Below are positions 41,066 through 51,805 of a stretch of DNA of 64,000 bases, in pieces (positions within the stretch are counted from its first letter, which is position 1; each line of letters opens with the position of its first letter). This DNA is from an uncultured Lachnospiraceae bacterium (GTDB lineage Bacteria > Bacillota > Clostridia > Lachnospirales > Lachnospiraceae), in assembly GCA_910579495.1 (NCBI GenBank), contig CAJTVD010000008.1:7741-71740 (forward strand), given 5' to 3'. A program made the position numbers and the translations under genes. The notes beneath the pieces are model-generated. The model saw only the letters and a program-made list of their open reading frames with translations. It ran no database searches and had not been told where the DNA came from.

Positions 41066-43816
41066 ATGGTTGCGGAGCCTGTCTTTATGGAAAGTAACAG
41101 CCAAACTTTTTATCCTTTTTATGAAGGAAGGATTAGCCGGGTGACGGGGGTTTTGAAAAAGGAATGCCCGGGCGGGAATCTTCAGGAAGGACGTATATGG
41201 GAAAGTATTGCGGTAAGCCTGCATGAAGTATTCCACAGGGCATCAGTCCGGTGCCTGATCGTAGAGCTGCATGTATGCAAGGCAGCAGGCTTACTGTCCG
41301 GGGAAAACAGCAGGGAAAAGTATCTGTGTTACTGCAGTCTGCTAAAGGATGAGCAGTATGTTGGAACAATCTATGGGAAATACCCGGGACTGCACCGGTA
41401 TTTAAAGGAATTGGAAGAAATCCAGTTATGTTTTTGGCGGGAACTGCTGGGACGGCTTGTGAATGACTGGGATCAGATTAAGGCTTATTTCCAGATGGAG
41501 CCGGATACACGGATAAGGGATATCAGACGGTCTGGCTCGGATTTCCACTGTAGGGGGAGATCAGTAGTCATTGTGGAAACGGACAGGAATAAGGAGATCC
41601 TGTATAAACCCCATTCACTGGAGAATGAAATCTTCCTGCAGGGTCTTTTGGCGGATATACACACGGATCTGGGGATGGGAGCATTTCGGTACCTGGAGCT
41701 GGAGCGGGGTGGGTATGGCTGGGTAGAAAAGGTCGTATGGCAGGAATGTGCCAGTTTGGAGGAGGTATCCGCCTTTTATAAAAGGGCGGGGGTTCTGATG
41801 GCGGTAGCTTATGTGCTGGGTATCGGAGATTTGCATTATGAAAATATCATTGCCCATGGAGGATTTCCTGTGGTTGTTGATGCGGAAACCTTGTTTCAGC
41901 ACATGGGAACCCTTTATCGGTGGACAGAGCGGACGAGGGATTTCTATTCGGTATTGAGCAGCGGCCTTCTTCCTGGAGGGGCGGCGGATCTTGATACTGC
42001 AGGGGTCACTGGAGGGGTGGAGGGAGCCTTGTCCGGGAGGATGCCTGTGATCTTAAATGATAAGACCTCAGAAATATGCGTTGGCTATGGAAGATCGCAC
42101 ATGTCCCAGGGGAAAAATTATGTGAGATACCTTGGGAAGAGGATGCCATGGGAGGATTATGGGCAGGAGGTCGCAGAAGGCTTCCGGTTAGGGTATGGCT
42201 GGTTTGGCCGTAACAGGGAAGAGGTCTTTCAGAGAGTCCGGGCTTGTAAGGATAGGCTGAGGAGCAGGTATGTCAGTGGTAACTCACAGTTTTTTGGGCT
42301 GGGGATATTTGCGTCCGTGCATGGGACGCTTATGGAAAGCGAAAAGGGCAGATATGAGTATCTGCGGAAGCTGTGCGGGAACAGAAGGCTGGGAGCCTGG
42401 GAAGCCCAGGCTATGGCATGGGGGGATATCCCCTGCTTTTCCAGAAGATTGGACGATGGCGATGTATATTGCGGGCAGGAAGCCGTAGTCTGGGGATTCT
42501 TTCAGGAGACCATAGAAGAGCAGTTAAGAGCGCGGATGCAGCAATTGTCAGAGGAAGACTGCAAATTGCAGGAGCAGGTCATTGCGTTTACTTATAGATT
42601 GTTTGGAACAGGAGCAGAGAAAAAGAAGGAAAAGACTGGGATGGATGCTGTCTGCCCTCCGGACAGGAGCCTTGTCGGGCTGGCAGGGGCTGAAAAGATT
42701 GGGATGTATATGCTGCGCCATGCTATAAGAGAGGGGGAGAAGATCTTCTGGCTGGGGGCAGACGGGGAAGAAGGACGGCTGAAAGTAAAACCGGTGGACA
42801 TCTATTTCTATGGGGGGATTGCCGGGATAGCAGTATTCTTCCGGAAGCTGTACCGGGCAAGCGGACGGTATGGGGATATTTGTGGGGCGCTGGAGGGAAT
42901 GCTTTTTTCATACACAGACCGGATCAGCAGCGGGGAAGGATGCCCGGTCACGGAAGATACAGGGATGTATTGCGGGGAAGGGTCGGTGGCATATGCCTAT
43001 CAACTGCTCTATGAGATCACCAGGGAATCCAGGTACCGGAGATATGCGTGCATCCATGTAAAGATCATGTGCAGATATATCAGCAGGGACAGGCATCTGG
43101 ATCTGACCTATGGCAACGCCGGGGCGGTGCTGGTCCTGTGTCAGCAGTACAGGGATACCGGGGATGAGGCCTATCTGAGGGAGGCACAGAATGCCCTGTC
43201 GTATCTGGAAAACAGGCGGTTGGAATCCGGGCAGGGAGTTACCTGGATTGAAAAAGCGGAAGGAAGCCCTGTGTGCAGCCTGGCTCATGGGAACAGCGGG
43301 ATGCTGCTGGCATATGCCAGGATGGAATCTCTTGTCCACAACGGACTGTGGGGAAAGAGGATGCGCCAGATCATGGCATATGAGGATCAGTACTACCGGG
43401 AGGAATATGGGAACTGGGCGGATCTGCGAAGAGAAAAAGGGCAGTGGGAGACCTATGCATGGTGCAATGGCGGCATGGGAGTGGTCTATGCCAGGCTGCT
43501 GGCTAAGAAGTGGAATCCGGAAGAATTGGCGGATGTGGATATTGGCGGCAGGTCGGAAGTCCTGGCCCGGAAGCTGGCTGTACGCGGGGATATGTGCCTG
43601 TGCCATGGGAATATGGGAAACCTGCTGATCCTGCGGGAGATGATGAGGGGATTGGGGGAGAGGGAAAATCTGATGCGGCAGATAGGCAGGCTGGAGGATG
43701 CTCTGGAAAGTTTCGTGAGGGACCTGGATGAAGAGAAGGGGAGAGTAGATTTTGGATTTATGAATGGGATGGCGGGGGTTGGGTTTGGGTGTTTTGAGAG
43801 AAATGCACATAGATAG
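41066..43816 (+). CDS. lanM: Class II lanthipeptide synthetase
   Basis: Dehydratase SDFH, YKPH, GWVE, DLHYEN, DAETLF; cyclase AHGNSG, WCNG, CLCHG. Confidence 0.93.
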   Translation: MVAEPVFMESNSQTFYPFYEGRISRVTGVLKKECPGGNLQEGRIWESIAVSLHEVFHRASVRCLIVELHVCKAAGLLSGENSREKYLCYCSLLKDEQYVGTIYGKYPGLHRYLKELEEIQLCFWRELLGRLVNDWDQIKAYFQMEPDTRIRDIRRSGSDFHCRGRSVVIVETDRNKEILYKPHSLENEIFLQGLLADIHTDLGMGAFRYLELERGGYGWVEKVVWQECASLEEVSAFYKRAGVLMAVAYVLGIGDLHYENIIAHGGFPVVVDAETLFQHMGTLYRWTERTRDFYSVLSSGLLPGGAADLDTAGVTGGVEGALSGRMPVILNDKTSEICVGYGRSHMSQGKNYVRYLGKRMPWEDYGQEVAEGFRLGYGWFGRNREEVFQRVRACKDRLRSRYVSGNSQFFGLGIFASVHGTLMESEKGRYEYLRKLCGNRRLGAWEAQAMAWGDIPCFSRRLDDGDVYCGQEAVVWGFFQETIEEQLRARMQQLSEEDCKLQEQVIAFTYRLFGTGAEKKKEKTGMDAVCPPDRSLVGLAGAEKIGMYMLRHAIREGEKIFWLGADGEEGRLKVKPVDIYFYGGIAGIAVFFRKLYRASGRYGDICGALEGMLFSYTDRISSGEGCPVTEDTGMYCGEGSVAYAYQLLYEITRESRYRRYACIHVKIMCRYISRDRHLDLTYGNAGAVLVLCQQYRDTGDEAYLREAQNALSYLENRRLESGQGVTWIEKAEGSPVCSLAHGNSGMLLAYARMESLVHNGLWGKRMRQIMAYEDQYYREEYGNWADLRREKGQWETYAWCNGGMGVVYARLLAKKWNPEELADVDIGGRSEVLARKLAVRGDMCLCHGNMGNLLILREMMRGLGERENLMRQIGRLEDALESFVRDLDEEKGRVDFGFMNGMAGVGFGCFERNAHR

Positions 43817-43896
43817 TAATGCGTGGGAATGCACGATCAAGAAAAATTGGATACAGCAAGAGGTATATATTATTCGATCATTAATGAAGGGAGAAA

Positions 43897-44688
43897 GTGA
43901 TCCGTTTCACAGAAGTTGATATGGGAGCCTTTTTGGAAATCAGTACATCAATACCATGTATATTAAATTGTTTTTATTGTCCGCAAAATGTGTTGAAGGA
44001 AAGCTATAGATCGACTATAAAGGAACTTTCGTATGATAATTTTATACTGGCAATAGACAAGATCCCTCAAAAAAGTGTTGTGACTTGGAGTGCATTTAAT
44101 GAGCCGTTTCAAAATAATGATACTATAGATATGATCTTGTATGCATATAAGAAGGGACATTGTGTTCAAGTTAATACTACCTTAGTAGGATTAACTTTGG
44201 AAAAGTATAGAAGGATCAAAGACTTGCCTTTTGGTCATTTCGGTATACATTTACCAGATACGGAAGGAAAAACCGTTATTCCATTAACAGATCAATATTT
44301 AGAGCTGTTGGAATATATTGTTGATGATCCACCACAAGGAGTAAATTTTAGCTATCATGAAGGGAAAGCTCATTCCGCGATAAGCCACTTGGTAAAGGAC
44401 AGCCATAAATTGATCATCCATAATAGATGCGGCCTGTTAAAGGAGGGACGCAGGGATGACCATCCTAATGTAGTAAAATGTGGACAACAGTTTTTATTTA
44501 CAAATGTTGATGGGGGCTGTGTCCTGCTTCCGAACGGAGACTGCGTTACCTGTTGCCAATCCTTTAACATGAAGGAATATCTGGGAAATCTATTTGTTCA
44601 GTCGTGGGATGAAATAAAAGAAAAAATAAAGCTTACTGATATGTGTAGATTGTGTAGGTATGCAATTGAAGATGGAAAGAAGAAGTAG
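43897..44688 (+). CDS. Radical SAM protein with twitch/SPASM-like tail
   Basis: CILNCFYC; C-terminal KCG...LPNGDCVTCC...LGNL...CRLC. Confidence 0.85.
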   Translation: MIRFTEVDMGAFLEISTSIPCILNCFYCPQNVLKESYRSTIKELSYDNFILAIDKIPQKSVVTWSAFNEPFQNNDTIDMILYAYKKGHCVQVNTTLVGLTLEKYRRIKDLPFGHFGIHLPDTEGKTVIPLTDQYLELLEYIVDDPPQGVNFSYHEGKAHSAISHLVKDSHKLIIHNRCGLLKEGRRDDHPNVVKCGQQFLFTNVDGGCVLLPNGDCVTCCQSFNMKEYLGNLFVQSWDEIKEKIKLTDMCRLCRYAIEDGKKK

Positions 44689-44741
44689 ATTTTGGAATGA
44701 TGACAGGTGAAGGAATGGAGATATTGTATAAGGGTGATGCA

Positions 44742-45353
44742 ATGGGCAGGATCATATTTTCCTATAGGATCGTTTATGATATGGGTTTTGCACCATGTAT
44801 AGATAACGATATTTTTACTCTGGCCTGCTGTAAAGGAGGGCAGATTCGTAATGGAAAGAATATAATTACCGGCCTCAGGTATCATGTTGGACAACATTAT
44901 TACAAGAATCCTGGTGATGAGATATACCTTTTCGGTATTTATAAAAATGGTATGCTTTATTATGCAAGAATAACAGATGTTATTACGATGAATGAATATT
45001 TCTCAACGCGGGGGAAAAGCGTATATGGAGGCAGAACAGATCAAATATATGATGCGGAAGCCGGTATGTTAAAGCGGAATGACTCATTACCGCATATACA
45101 CCCCAAAGGATCTGTCCAGAACGAACAGGACAGGAATGGGCATTATGTATTAGTTTCCCGGGAATTTACATACTTTGGGAAAAATGCTCCTGCTATTGAC
45201 GCTGAAATTCTGCGCATGCTTCCTAAAAATAGGGAGGTTAAAAGATATACGGATTCTTGTTCGGAGCACGAGATCATTCACAGCTATGCGATGGGGTTGA
45301 TCGGTTCTTTTCAGGGAGTGATCGGTGTGCCGCATGATTCTATTTATGACTGA
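44742..45353 (+). CDS. Nucleotide modification associated domain 2 (Nmad2-like) protein
   Basis: SYRIVYDMGFAP...TLACCK, RTDQIY, VLVSREFTYFG, recognised from memory of the family. ORF could start at 44697. Confidence 0.7.
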   Translation: MGRIIFSYRIVYDMGFAPCIDNDIFTLACCKGGQIRNGKNIITGLRYHVGQHYYKNPGDEIYLFGIYKNGMLYYARITDVITMNEYFSTRGKSVYGGRTDQIYDAEAGMLKRNDSLPHIHPKGSVQNEQDRNGHYVLVSREFTYFGKNAPAIDAEILRMLPKNREVKRYTDSCSEHEIIHSYAMGLIGSFQGVIGVPHDSIYD

Positions 45354-45370
45354 TTATTTAAGGAGTGGTG

Positions 45371-46162
45371 ATGAAGATCATATTATCCAGAAAGGGATTT
45401 GATACCACGAGCGGCGGCTGTCCCAGTCCGATCCTGCCGGATGGAACATTATTATCTTTGCCCATACCAGATGAGGAAGATCTTAAGTATAGTGATCTGC
45501 AATATGATGGTTTTAGCTATGACAGAATTTTAAACGGTTTAAACCCGGGAGTGTTTTACAGCGGCTGCCATCTTGATCCGGATATTCGGGAAGGCGTTCG
45601 GATCGTGTCGGCAGATGACTGGCGGCCTGCTTTCGGTCAGACGGGAAGTGCGTTGGGGATACTGCGTAATGCGAAAGTAACAGTCGGGGATCTGTTCCTG
45701 TTTTTCGGCATCTTTCGAAACACAGAATATGATAAAAATGGAGTTTTGAGATTCGCACATGAAAAAGGTGCAGTTCATATGATCCATAGTTATCTGCAAA
45801 TAGGGGAGATATTGGATACGCCTGAAAAGATCAGGAAATGCAGATGGCATCCCCATGCTGATCTTGAAAGATATCAATCAGATCGCAATGCCCTGTATCT
45901 TGCAAGTGAAAGATTAAGTTTATGTCCATCCCTTCCGGGGTGCGGCGTTCTTTCTTACAGAGAGGACCGGGTTTTGACTATGGAAGGAAAAACTCCTGCA
46001 ACCTGGCGGGAATATGAATTTTTGATGCCGGATCATATCATTGGAAACAGAAAAAACAGCGCCAGATGTGGCGGGCTATATTATCAGGGGCAGTGGCAGG
46101 AACTGATCCTAAAACCGGATAAAGAGGCAGAGGAATGGGCGGTAAAATTATTAAGTGAATGA
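45371..46162 (+). CDS. Nucleotide modification associated domain 3 (Nmad3-like) protein
   Basis: MKIILSRKGFD..GGCPSPILPDG.LLSLPIP, HLDPD, AFGQ, GDLFLFFG.F, HPH, QWQE. Confidence 0.78.
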   Translation: MKIILSRKGFDTTSGGCPSPILPDGTLLSLPIPDEEDLKYSDLQYDGFSYDRILNGLNPGVFYSGCHLDPDIREGVRIVSADDWRPAFGQTGSALGILRNAKVTVGDLFLFFGIFRNTEYDKNGVLRFAHEKGAVHMIHSYLQIGEILDTPEKIRKCRWHPHADLERYQSDRNALYLASERLSLCPSLPGCGVLSYREDRVLTMEGKTPATWREYEFLMPDHIIGNRKNSARCGGLYYQGQWQELILKPDKEAEEWAVKLLSE

Positions 46163-46183
46163 TTATCTGACAGGGGGCAGGGT

Positions 46184-47350
46184 ATGAAAGAATTTCAAAA
46201 AAGGAAGATCAGAAGTTTGTTTAATTATCTGGATCTTCACAATAGGTACTACCATGAGATCTTTAAGGTGTATGGAGTTGATATTAACGCGGATGGAGAT
46301 GAGATGCTGGAAATGATGCCGATTCTCACAAAGGCTGATATCAGAAAAAATGCGGAGTCGTATTTTTCAAATGATGATGTAAAGGTTGTACGGGAATTGA
46401 CCAGCGGTTCAGTTGGTGTGCCGTTAATATGCTATAAGTCTGTACAGGAAAGATCGCAGGCCGCTATGAATGTTTGGAAGGCGCGAAGAGAAAGAGATCC
46501 ATATGTGTCACCTCAAAATTATTATAATTTTTTTGATGCCAATGAACACGTAACAGGAGATTTTGCCAATTTAAATGAAGGACAGTTAGTTGAATATTTT
46601 GATCAGCTTAAAACCTTAAATCTGCGTTGGATGTCAGGGCCGATATCTACAATATATACGATGGCAAGATTAATTAATAAAGGGAGGATATCAAATAGCA
46701 GTATTAAATATATTGAATTATTTGGAGAGTATGCTGATGTCGAGCAGCGCACGTATATAGAAGAGGCATTTGGCTGCAAAACTGTAGTTCATTATGGAAC
46801 CAGGGAGACGTGGTGTATCGGATATGAATGTGAAAAAGGATATCTGCATGTACAAGAAAATGTAATGTTGGTTGAAACAAATGATAAGAATGTTCAGTAT
46901 GATAATGGAAACAGTGAAATTATTGTGACTAGTTTGTATAACAGATATATGCCATTTGTTCGCTACAATTTGATGGATATAGGTAAACTGGTTTATGATA
47001 AGTGTGAATGCGGGAAATCAAGTCCAAGAATAATTCTTGCCGGGGGCAGAGTTGGAGATATGGTGAAAGGAAAACAGGTGCTTGGAAATAATTTTTTTAA
47101 TCGTGCGGTAGGTCATCTTGTTAAACGCGGTTATGACGATATTGAGCGGTTTCGCGTTGAACAGGTAGAATTGAATCATTTTATGCTATATATTGTTAAA
47201 GCCGAGACATATACGGATGAGACTACATGTGTTTTAAAAAGTATATTAAAGGAATCTCTTGGTGAAAATTCTGAATTTACATTTAAATTTGTAGAAAAAA
47301 TTGATGCTTTACCTAATGGAAAGTATAAAAACTTTGAATGTTTAATTTAA
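46184..47350 (+). CDS. Phenylacetate-CoA ligase family adenylating enzyme
   Basis: PILTK, TSGSVG, YGTRET, MPFVRY...D, NGKYK. Confidence 0.8.
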   Translation: MKEFQKRKIRSLFNYLDLHNRYYHEIFKVYGVDINADGDEMLEMMPILTKADIRKNAESYFSNDDVKVVRELTSGSVGVPLICYKSVQERSQAAMNVWKARRERDPYVSPQNYYNFFDANEHVTGDFANLNEGQLVEYFDQLKTLNLRWMSGPISTIYTMARLINKGRISNSSIKYIELFGEYADVEQRTYIEEAFGCKTVVHYGTRETWCIGYECEKGYLHVQENVMLVETNDKNVQYDNGNSEIIVTSLYNRYMPFVRYNLMDIGKLVYDKCECGKSSPRIILAGGRVGDMVKGKQVLGNNFFNRAVGHLVKRGYDDIERFRVEQVELNHFMLYIVKAETYTDETTCVLKSILKESLGENSEFTFKFVEKIDALPNGKYKNFECLI

Positions 47351-47374
47351 ATATTATGAAGGAATAGAATATAT

Positions 47375-48136
47375 ATGAAATTTTTTTGGATTACATTTAA
47401 AAATACATTTGCCTATCGCATGGCGTCTGTATTATCTGTAATAAGCTCTGTGCTGTATATAGCAATAAATATTATGATTTGGAGGTACTTGTTCAGGGAA
47501 CAGCCAGAAATGATTGGCTACATGACAAAGTATACAATTATAGCAAATATTATTGGAATGTTTTATTCTAATAATATTGCAAATCGAATCGGGGCTAAAG
47601 TGGCTAAAGGAGATTTTGTTATGGATTTGTTGAAGCCAGTTAGTATTCTTTATATGTCATGGCAAATGGAATTAGCGCAAATTTGCAACAGGTTGCTTAC
47701 AGAGGGTATTTTTACATTTTTAGTATTTCTGCCTTATTTGATGAAGGACAACAGATATTTTAATATTGGATATGTAATATTAGCAGTTGTACTGGGACAT
47801 ATTTTATTTATGCTCATATACTCTTTGGTTGGATTTTTGACATATGTTTTTATTAAGGTGTGGCCTCTGGAGCGTCTTGTAAATGATACGATAAGACTAT
47901 TTGCCGGTATATTTATTCCGCTTTCATTACTACCGGGTTTTTTAAAAAATGTAGCATATTATTTGCCATTTCGCTTTTTGTATTCATTTCCGCTGGAGCT
48001 TTTGCTTGGTAATTCAGATATTTCACATATACATATTGAATATTTCAGAATAAGTATATGGATTGCTGTTTTTGCTGGAGCTAACTGGATTGTTTATCAT
48101 CTTGCACTGCGAAGATCAGTTATACAAGGAGGATGA
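47375..48136 (+). CDS. ABC-2 type exporter permease
   Basis: Multi-TM; GDFVMDLLKP, FIPLSLLP, ends VIQGG. Confidence 0.85.
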   Translation: MKFFWITFKNTFAYRMASVLSVISSVLYIAINIMIWRYLFREQPEMIGYMTKYTIIANIIGMFYSNNIANRIGAKVAKGDFVMDLLKPVSILYMSWQMELAQICNRLLTEGIFTFLVFLPYLMKDNRYFNIGYVILAVVLGHILFMLIYSLVGFLTYVFIKVWPLERLVNDTIRLFAGIFIPLSLLPGFLKNVAYYLPFRFLYSFPLELLLGNSDISHIHIEYFRISIWIAVFAGANWIVYHLALRRSVIQGG

Positions 48137-48137
48137 T

Positions 48138-48938
48138 ATGAAATTTTTATCTGTTTATTTAAATTATATCCGGATGTTTATAAAAGCGAAAAGTGAATAT
48201 CGAATGAGTTTTTTACTGGGAATTTTTGTAAATATATTTGATAATTTTATTACATACATCTCATTATGGGTCATATTTGATAATTTTAAGGTTATTGAAG
48301 GCTGGAATTTTTATGAGATGGCGATCCTGTATGGTTTATTTCGTGTAACAGATGCATTTGCGGGTATGTTTTTATGGTATACGATGAATTTTATAGATGA
48401 GGATATTATTACCGGAAACTTAGATGTATATTTGATTCGTCCAATGGGATTGCTTCAGCAGATGGTCTGCAGGCGTTTTGGTGAAACTTATATTGGACAG
48501 ATTATAGTAGTTGTTATATTTATGGTCTATTCTTTTGAACGATTGAATTATACAATTCATTTATGGACATGGCTCTATTTAGTTTTAGTGCTGATCAGCG
48601 GTACATTGATTCATGCCGCTGCGTTAATAGTGATCGGCAGTTTAAATTTCTGGTTTTTGGGGGCTAAGAGGCTGGCTGGCATATTATATAATGGAATGGG
48701 AAGATTTACACAATATCCTTTGACTATTTTTCCTGGAGCTGTAAGGATTGTGTTGACGTATATTTTGCCTTGGGCATTGATTAATTATTATCCCTGCCTG
48801 GTTATTTTAAATAAAGTACAGACGACAGAGGAAAGAATTTTAGGACTGGCGGCACCAGGAGTGGGAGGTATCTTATTTGGCTTATCGGTTTATATATTAA
48901 ACAAAGGAATACACAGATATAGTGGAAATGGAGGATAA
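48138..48938 (+). CDS. ABC-2 type exporter permease
   Basis: EYRMSF, GWNFYE, GNLDVYLIRP, YPLTIF, RYSGNGG; RBS AGGAGG before ATG 48138. Confidence 0.85.
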   Translation: MKFLSVYLNYIRMFIKAKSEYRMSFLLGIFVNIFDNFITYISLWVIFDNFKVIEGWNFYEMAILYGLFRVTDAFAGMFLWYTMNFIDEDIITGNLDVYLIRPMGLLQQMVCRRFGETYIGQIIVVVIFMVYSFERLNYTIHLWTWLYLVLVLISGTLIHAAALIVIGSLNFWFLGAKRLAGILYNGMGRFTQYPLTIFPGAVRIVLTYILPWALINYYPCLVILNKVQTTEERILGLAAPGVGGILFGLSVYILNKGIHRYSGNGG

Positions 48939-48943
48939 GTTAT

Positions 48944-49927
48944 TTGGAAAGAATTATAGTGGCTGAAAGGTTGTGCAGAGATTATAAGGTTGCAGCCGTA
49001 AGTAAAAATATGATACAATACCTTTTTTTCAGAAAGCATAATATTTTACATGCTGTTAAGGATGTCAGCTTTGACATAAATAAAGGTGAAATGGTTGGAT
49101 TTGTTGGACCGAACGGGGCAGGCAAATCAACAACGATAAAAATGCTTGCGGGAATACTCGTACCTACGGGCGGTACAGTATCTGTTTTAGGAAAAGATCC
49201 TTTTAAATTCAGAAAAGACAATGCATTTTCTGTTGGTGCAGTATTTGGGCAAAGAACACAACTGTGGTGGGATTTACCGATATCTGATACGTTTCTATTA
49301 TTAAAGAAGATATATAATATTCAAGATGAAATATACGAAAAAAACTTATGTCTTTTCAAAAAATATCTTGATTTGGACAGTATATGGCATCAGCCTGTAC
49401 GGCAGTTGAGCCTTGGGCAGCGTATGAGGTCTGAGATTGCAGCAGCAATTCTGCATAATCCGCCGTTATTATTTTTAGATGAGCCAACAATTGGTTTAGA
49501 TATTGTGGCAAAAAGACAGATTCGTGATTTTATAATTGAACTGAATGATTTATATCATACCACGGTTATACTGACCAGTCATGATATGAAAGATATAGAA
49601 GAGATATGTAAGCGGATCATTATTATTGATAAGGGTACAGTGATGATTGATTGTTCAATGGAAAATCTGCAGAAAAAATATAGTAATAGTGTAACGGTAA
49701 ATATCAGATTTGCCAAAGGTATGGATGATTTACATTTTGAAATGCCTGGGGTTCATATGGAAAAACAGTCTGAAAGTAATTCTGTTTCTTTTCGTGTTGA
49801 CAAAACGAAAATAAGTACGGGACATCTTGTATTTGAATTATCGAAGTATGCCGAGATAATAGATATAGATATTAAGGAACAGTCCGTGGAAGACATTATC
49901 CATGATATTTATTTGAATGGAGTGTAG
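48944..49927 (+). CDS. ABC exporter ATP-binding protein
   Basis: GPNGAGKST, VFGQRTQLWWDLP, LSLGQRMR, LDEPTIGLD. Confidence 0.93.
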   Translation: MERIIVAERLCRDYKVAAVSKNMIQYLFFRKHNILHAVKDVSFDINKGEMVGFVGPNGAGKSTTIKMLAGILVPTGGTVSVLGKDPFKFRKDNAFSVGAVFGQRTQLWWDLPISDTFLLLKKIYNIQDEIYEKNLCLFKKYLDLDSIWHQPVRQLSLGQRMRSEIAAAILHNPPLLFLDEPTIGLDIVAKRQIRDFIIELNDLYHTTVILTSHDMKDIEEICKRIIIIDKGTVMIDCSMENLQKKYSNSVTVNIRFAKGMDDLHFEMPGVHMEKQSESNSVSFRVDKTKISTGHLVFELSKYAEIIDIDIKEQSVEDIIHDIYLNGV

Positions 49928-49996
49928 GACAAAGTATTCTGTTCATATTGTGTTGTAAAAGAATTATTAAATATATAATAAAAAATTGGGGAGGAA

Positions 49997-50254
49997 ATGA
50001 TGAAAGAGAGAAGAAAAGAAATTGTGGAATTGGTTAGAACTGTTACTGAGAAAAAGGGTTATTCAGTTGAAGAGATATTGGAAGCAGAGGATTTACAGGA
50101 TGGTATTCTTGATTCTCTTGAGCTTGTTCAGCTGGTGATTAGTCTGGAAGAGCATTTTTCTATTTCAATTGATGATGAATACCTCGATTTGAGTGGATTC
50201 AATAATATTGATTCCATAACCAAATTGATTGATAATATTATGTCAGATTTATAA
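49997..50254 (+). CDS. Acyl carrier protein
   Basis: Small acidic protein, GILDSLELVQLVISLEEHFSISI. Confidence 0.88.
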   Translation: MMKERRKEIVELVRTVTEKKGYSVEEILEAEDLQDGILDSLELVQLVISLEEHFSISIDDEYLDLSGFNNIDSITKLIDNIMSDL

Positions 50255-50259
50255 AGAAA

Positions 50260-51777
50260 ATGGTGAGTAATATGGATATAGAAAATTTATTTATACTTTT
50301 AAAATGCGCATCGACAGAGTTTGGAGAAAATATTGCTTTAAAATCCGAAAGTAGGCAGTTAACATATCAACAATTATATATGCAGTCTGTTGCTGTAGCA
50401 AACCAATTGCCCCAATATGAAGGTACCGAGGCGGTAGCTGTACTAGATATGCAAAGAGGGCTAAATTATTGCATTGCGGTCTTTGCATTATTGGCAGCAG
50501 GATATACAGTTTGTCCTTTCGACGAAAGCTATACTGATATAGAAGTAAAAGCTATAGTAAGCCAATTTAAACCTTCCATAATAATGTGTGACAGGAATAC
50601 AGAAAAAAGGCATTCGTGTGTTTATGATATTAAAGAACAGTATATCATTTATGCAGAGGACTATTTAACTAATGAGGATAGAAGTATTATAAATTCGGAT
50701 TTTACTTTTAAGATTAATGAAGTTGCTTTTATGATTGCAAGTTCTGGCTCTACGGGGGATTTAAAGTTAATAGAATGTACCCATAGTGCAATTTATTACG
50801 CCATTGCAGGTATAAATCAAAGATTATGTAATAGTATGGATGATTGTATATTAGACTGTTTACCGCTTTCTTTTGATTATGGTCTGTATCAGTTATTTAT
50901 TGCGGCTTATGCAAGATGTTCCCTTTTTTTTGTCGAGCGGCCATATCATTTACTTGAAATTCCACAGATAGTATTGAAAAATAAAATAACTGCGTTTCCT
51001 GCTACACCTCAATGGTTGTTACATCTTCTAAATGCCGGAAGAATAACGCCGACATTTTTAAGACAGTTGAAGTATATATCATCTACTGGTGATGTCCTGC
51101 CGGTAGATGTGATTGACCAATACCTAAATATAAATTCGAATATAAAAATTTACTGTATGTATGGTTTAACAGAATGTAAGAGAGTGAGTATATTGCTGCC
51201 GGAGGAATATAATGATCATAAGGGTTCGGTAGGGAAACCAATAGACGGTGTATCGATAAGAATTGTTAATCAGGAGAATGGAGATACTGTTGTTAGCGGA
51301 GAAACTGGAGAATTACTTGTATCAGGCGCTACTCTTATGAAGGGATATTATAGAGATGTGGATTTGACGAATAGAGCATACCAGATGCGTGAGGACGGCA
51401 GCCGCGAACTGCATACCGGCGATATTTTTTATCAGGATGAAGAGGGATTTTTGTATTTTTCTCATCGTACACAACAATTTATCAAGGTTGGCGATCAGCG
51501 TATTAGCCCGAGAATTATTGAAGAATATATTTGTGCAGTGGAAGAAGTTGATGACTGTGCCGTTTTTCCTTATAGAAAAGAGAGCAAGGAAGAAATAGCC
51601 TGTGTAATTTATTGTAGAAATGTATCCGAAGATTTATATTCCAGAATAAAAAAGAGGATACCTTCAAGGTTTATACCTGATCATATAAAATTAATCGGAG
51701 AACCATTTCCGGTTACAAGAAATGGAAAACGAAATAATAAGTTGATTAAAAATTTATTTCTGGCAGAAATGTCGTAG
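50260..51777 (+). CDS. AMP-binding (ANL) acyl/aminoacyl-ACP ligase
   Basis: SSGSTG, LPLSFDYGLYQ, MYGLTECKRVS, LHTGD, TRNGK. Confidence 0.9.
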   Translation: MVSNMDIENLFILLKCASTEFGENIALKSESRQLTYQQLYMQSVAVANQLPQYEGTEAVAVLDMQRGLNYCIAVFALLAAGYTVCPFDESYTDIEVKAIVSQFKPSIIMCDRNTEKRHSCVYDIKEQYIIYAEDYLTNEDRSIINSDFTFKINEVAFMIASSGSTGDLKLIECTHSAIYYAIAGINQRLCNSMDDCILDCLPLSFDYGLYQLFIAAYARCSLFFVERPYHLLEIPQIVLKNKITAFPATPQWLLHLLNAGRITPTFLRQLKYISSTGDVLPVDVIDQYLNINSNIKIYCMYGLTECKRVSILLPEEYNDHKGSVGKPIDGVSIRIVNQENGDTVVSGETGELLVSGATLMKGYYRDVDLTNRAYQMREDGSRELHTGDIFYQDEEGFLYFSHRTQQFIKVGDQRISPRIIEEYICAVEEVDDCAVFPYRKESKEEIACVIYCRNVSEDLYSRIKKRIPSRFIPDHIKLIGEPFPVTRNGKRNNKLIKNLFLAEMS

Positions 51778-51805
51778 AAAAAATCTTAGCGTTAGGGGAA
51801 ATTTA

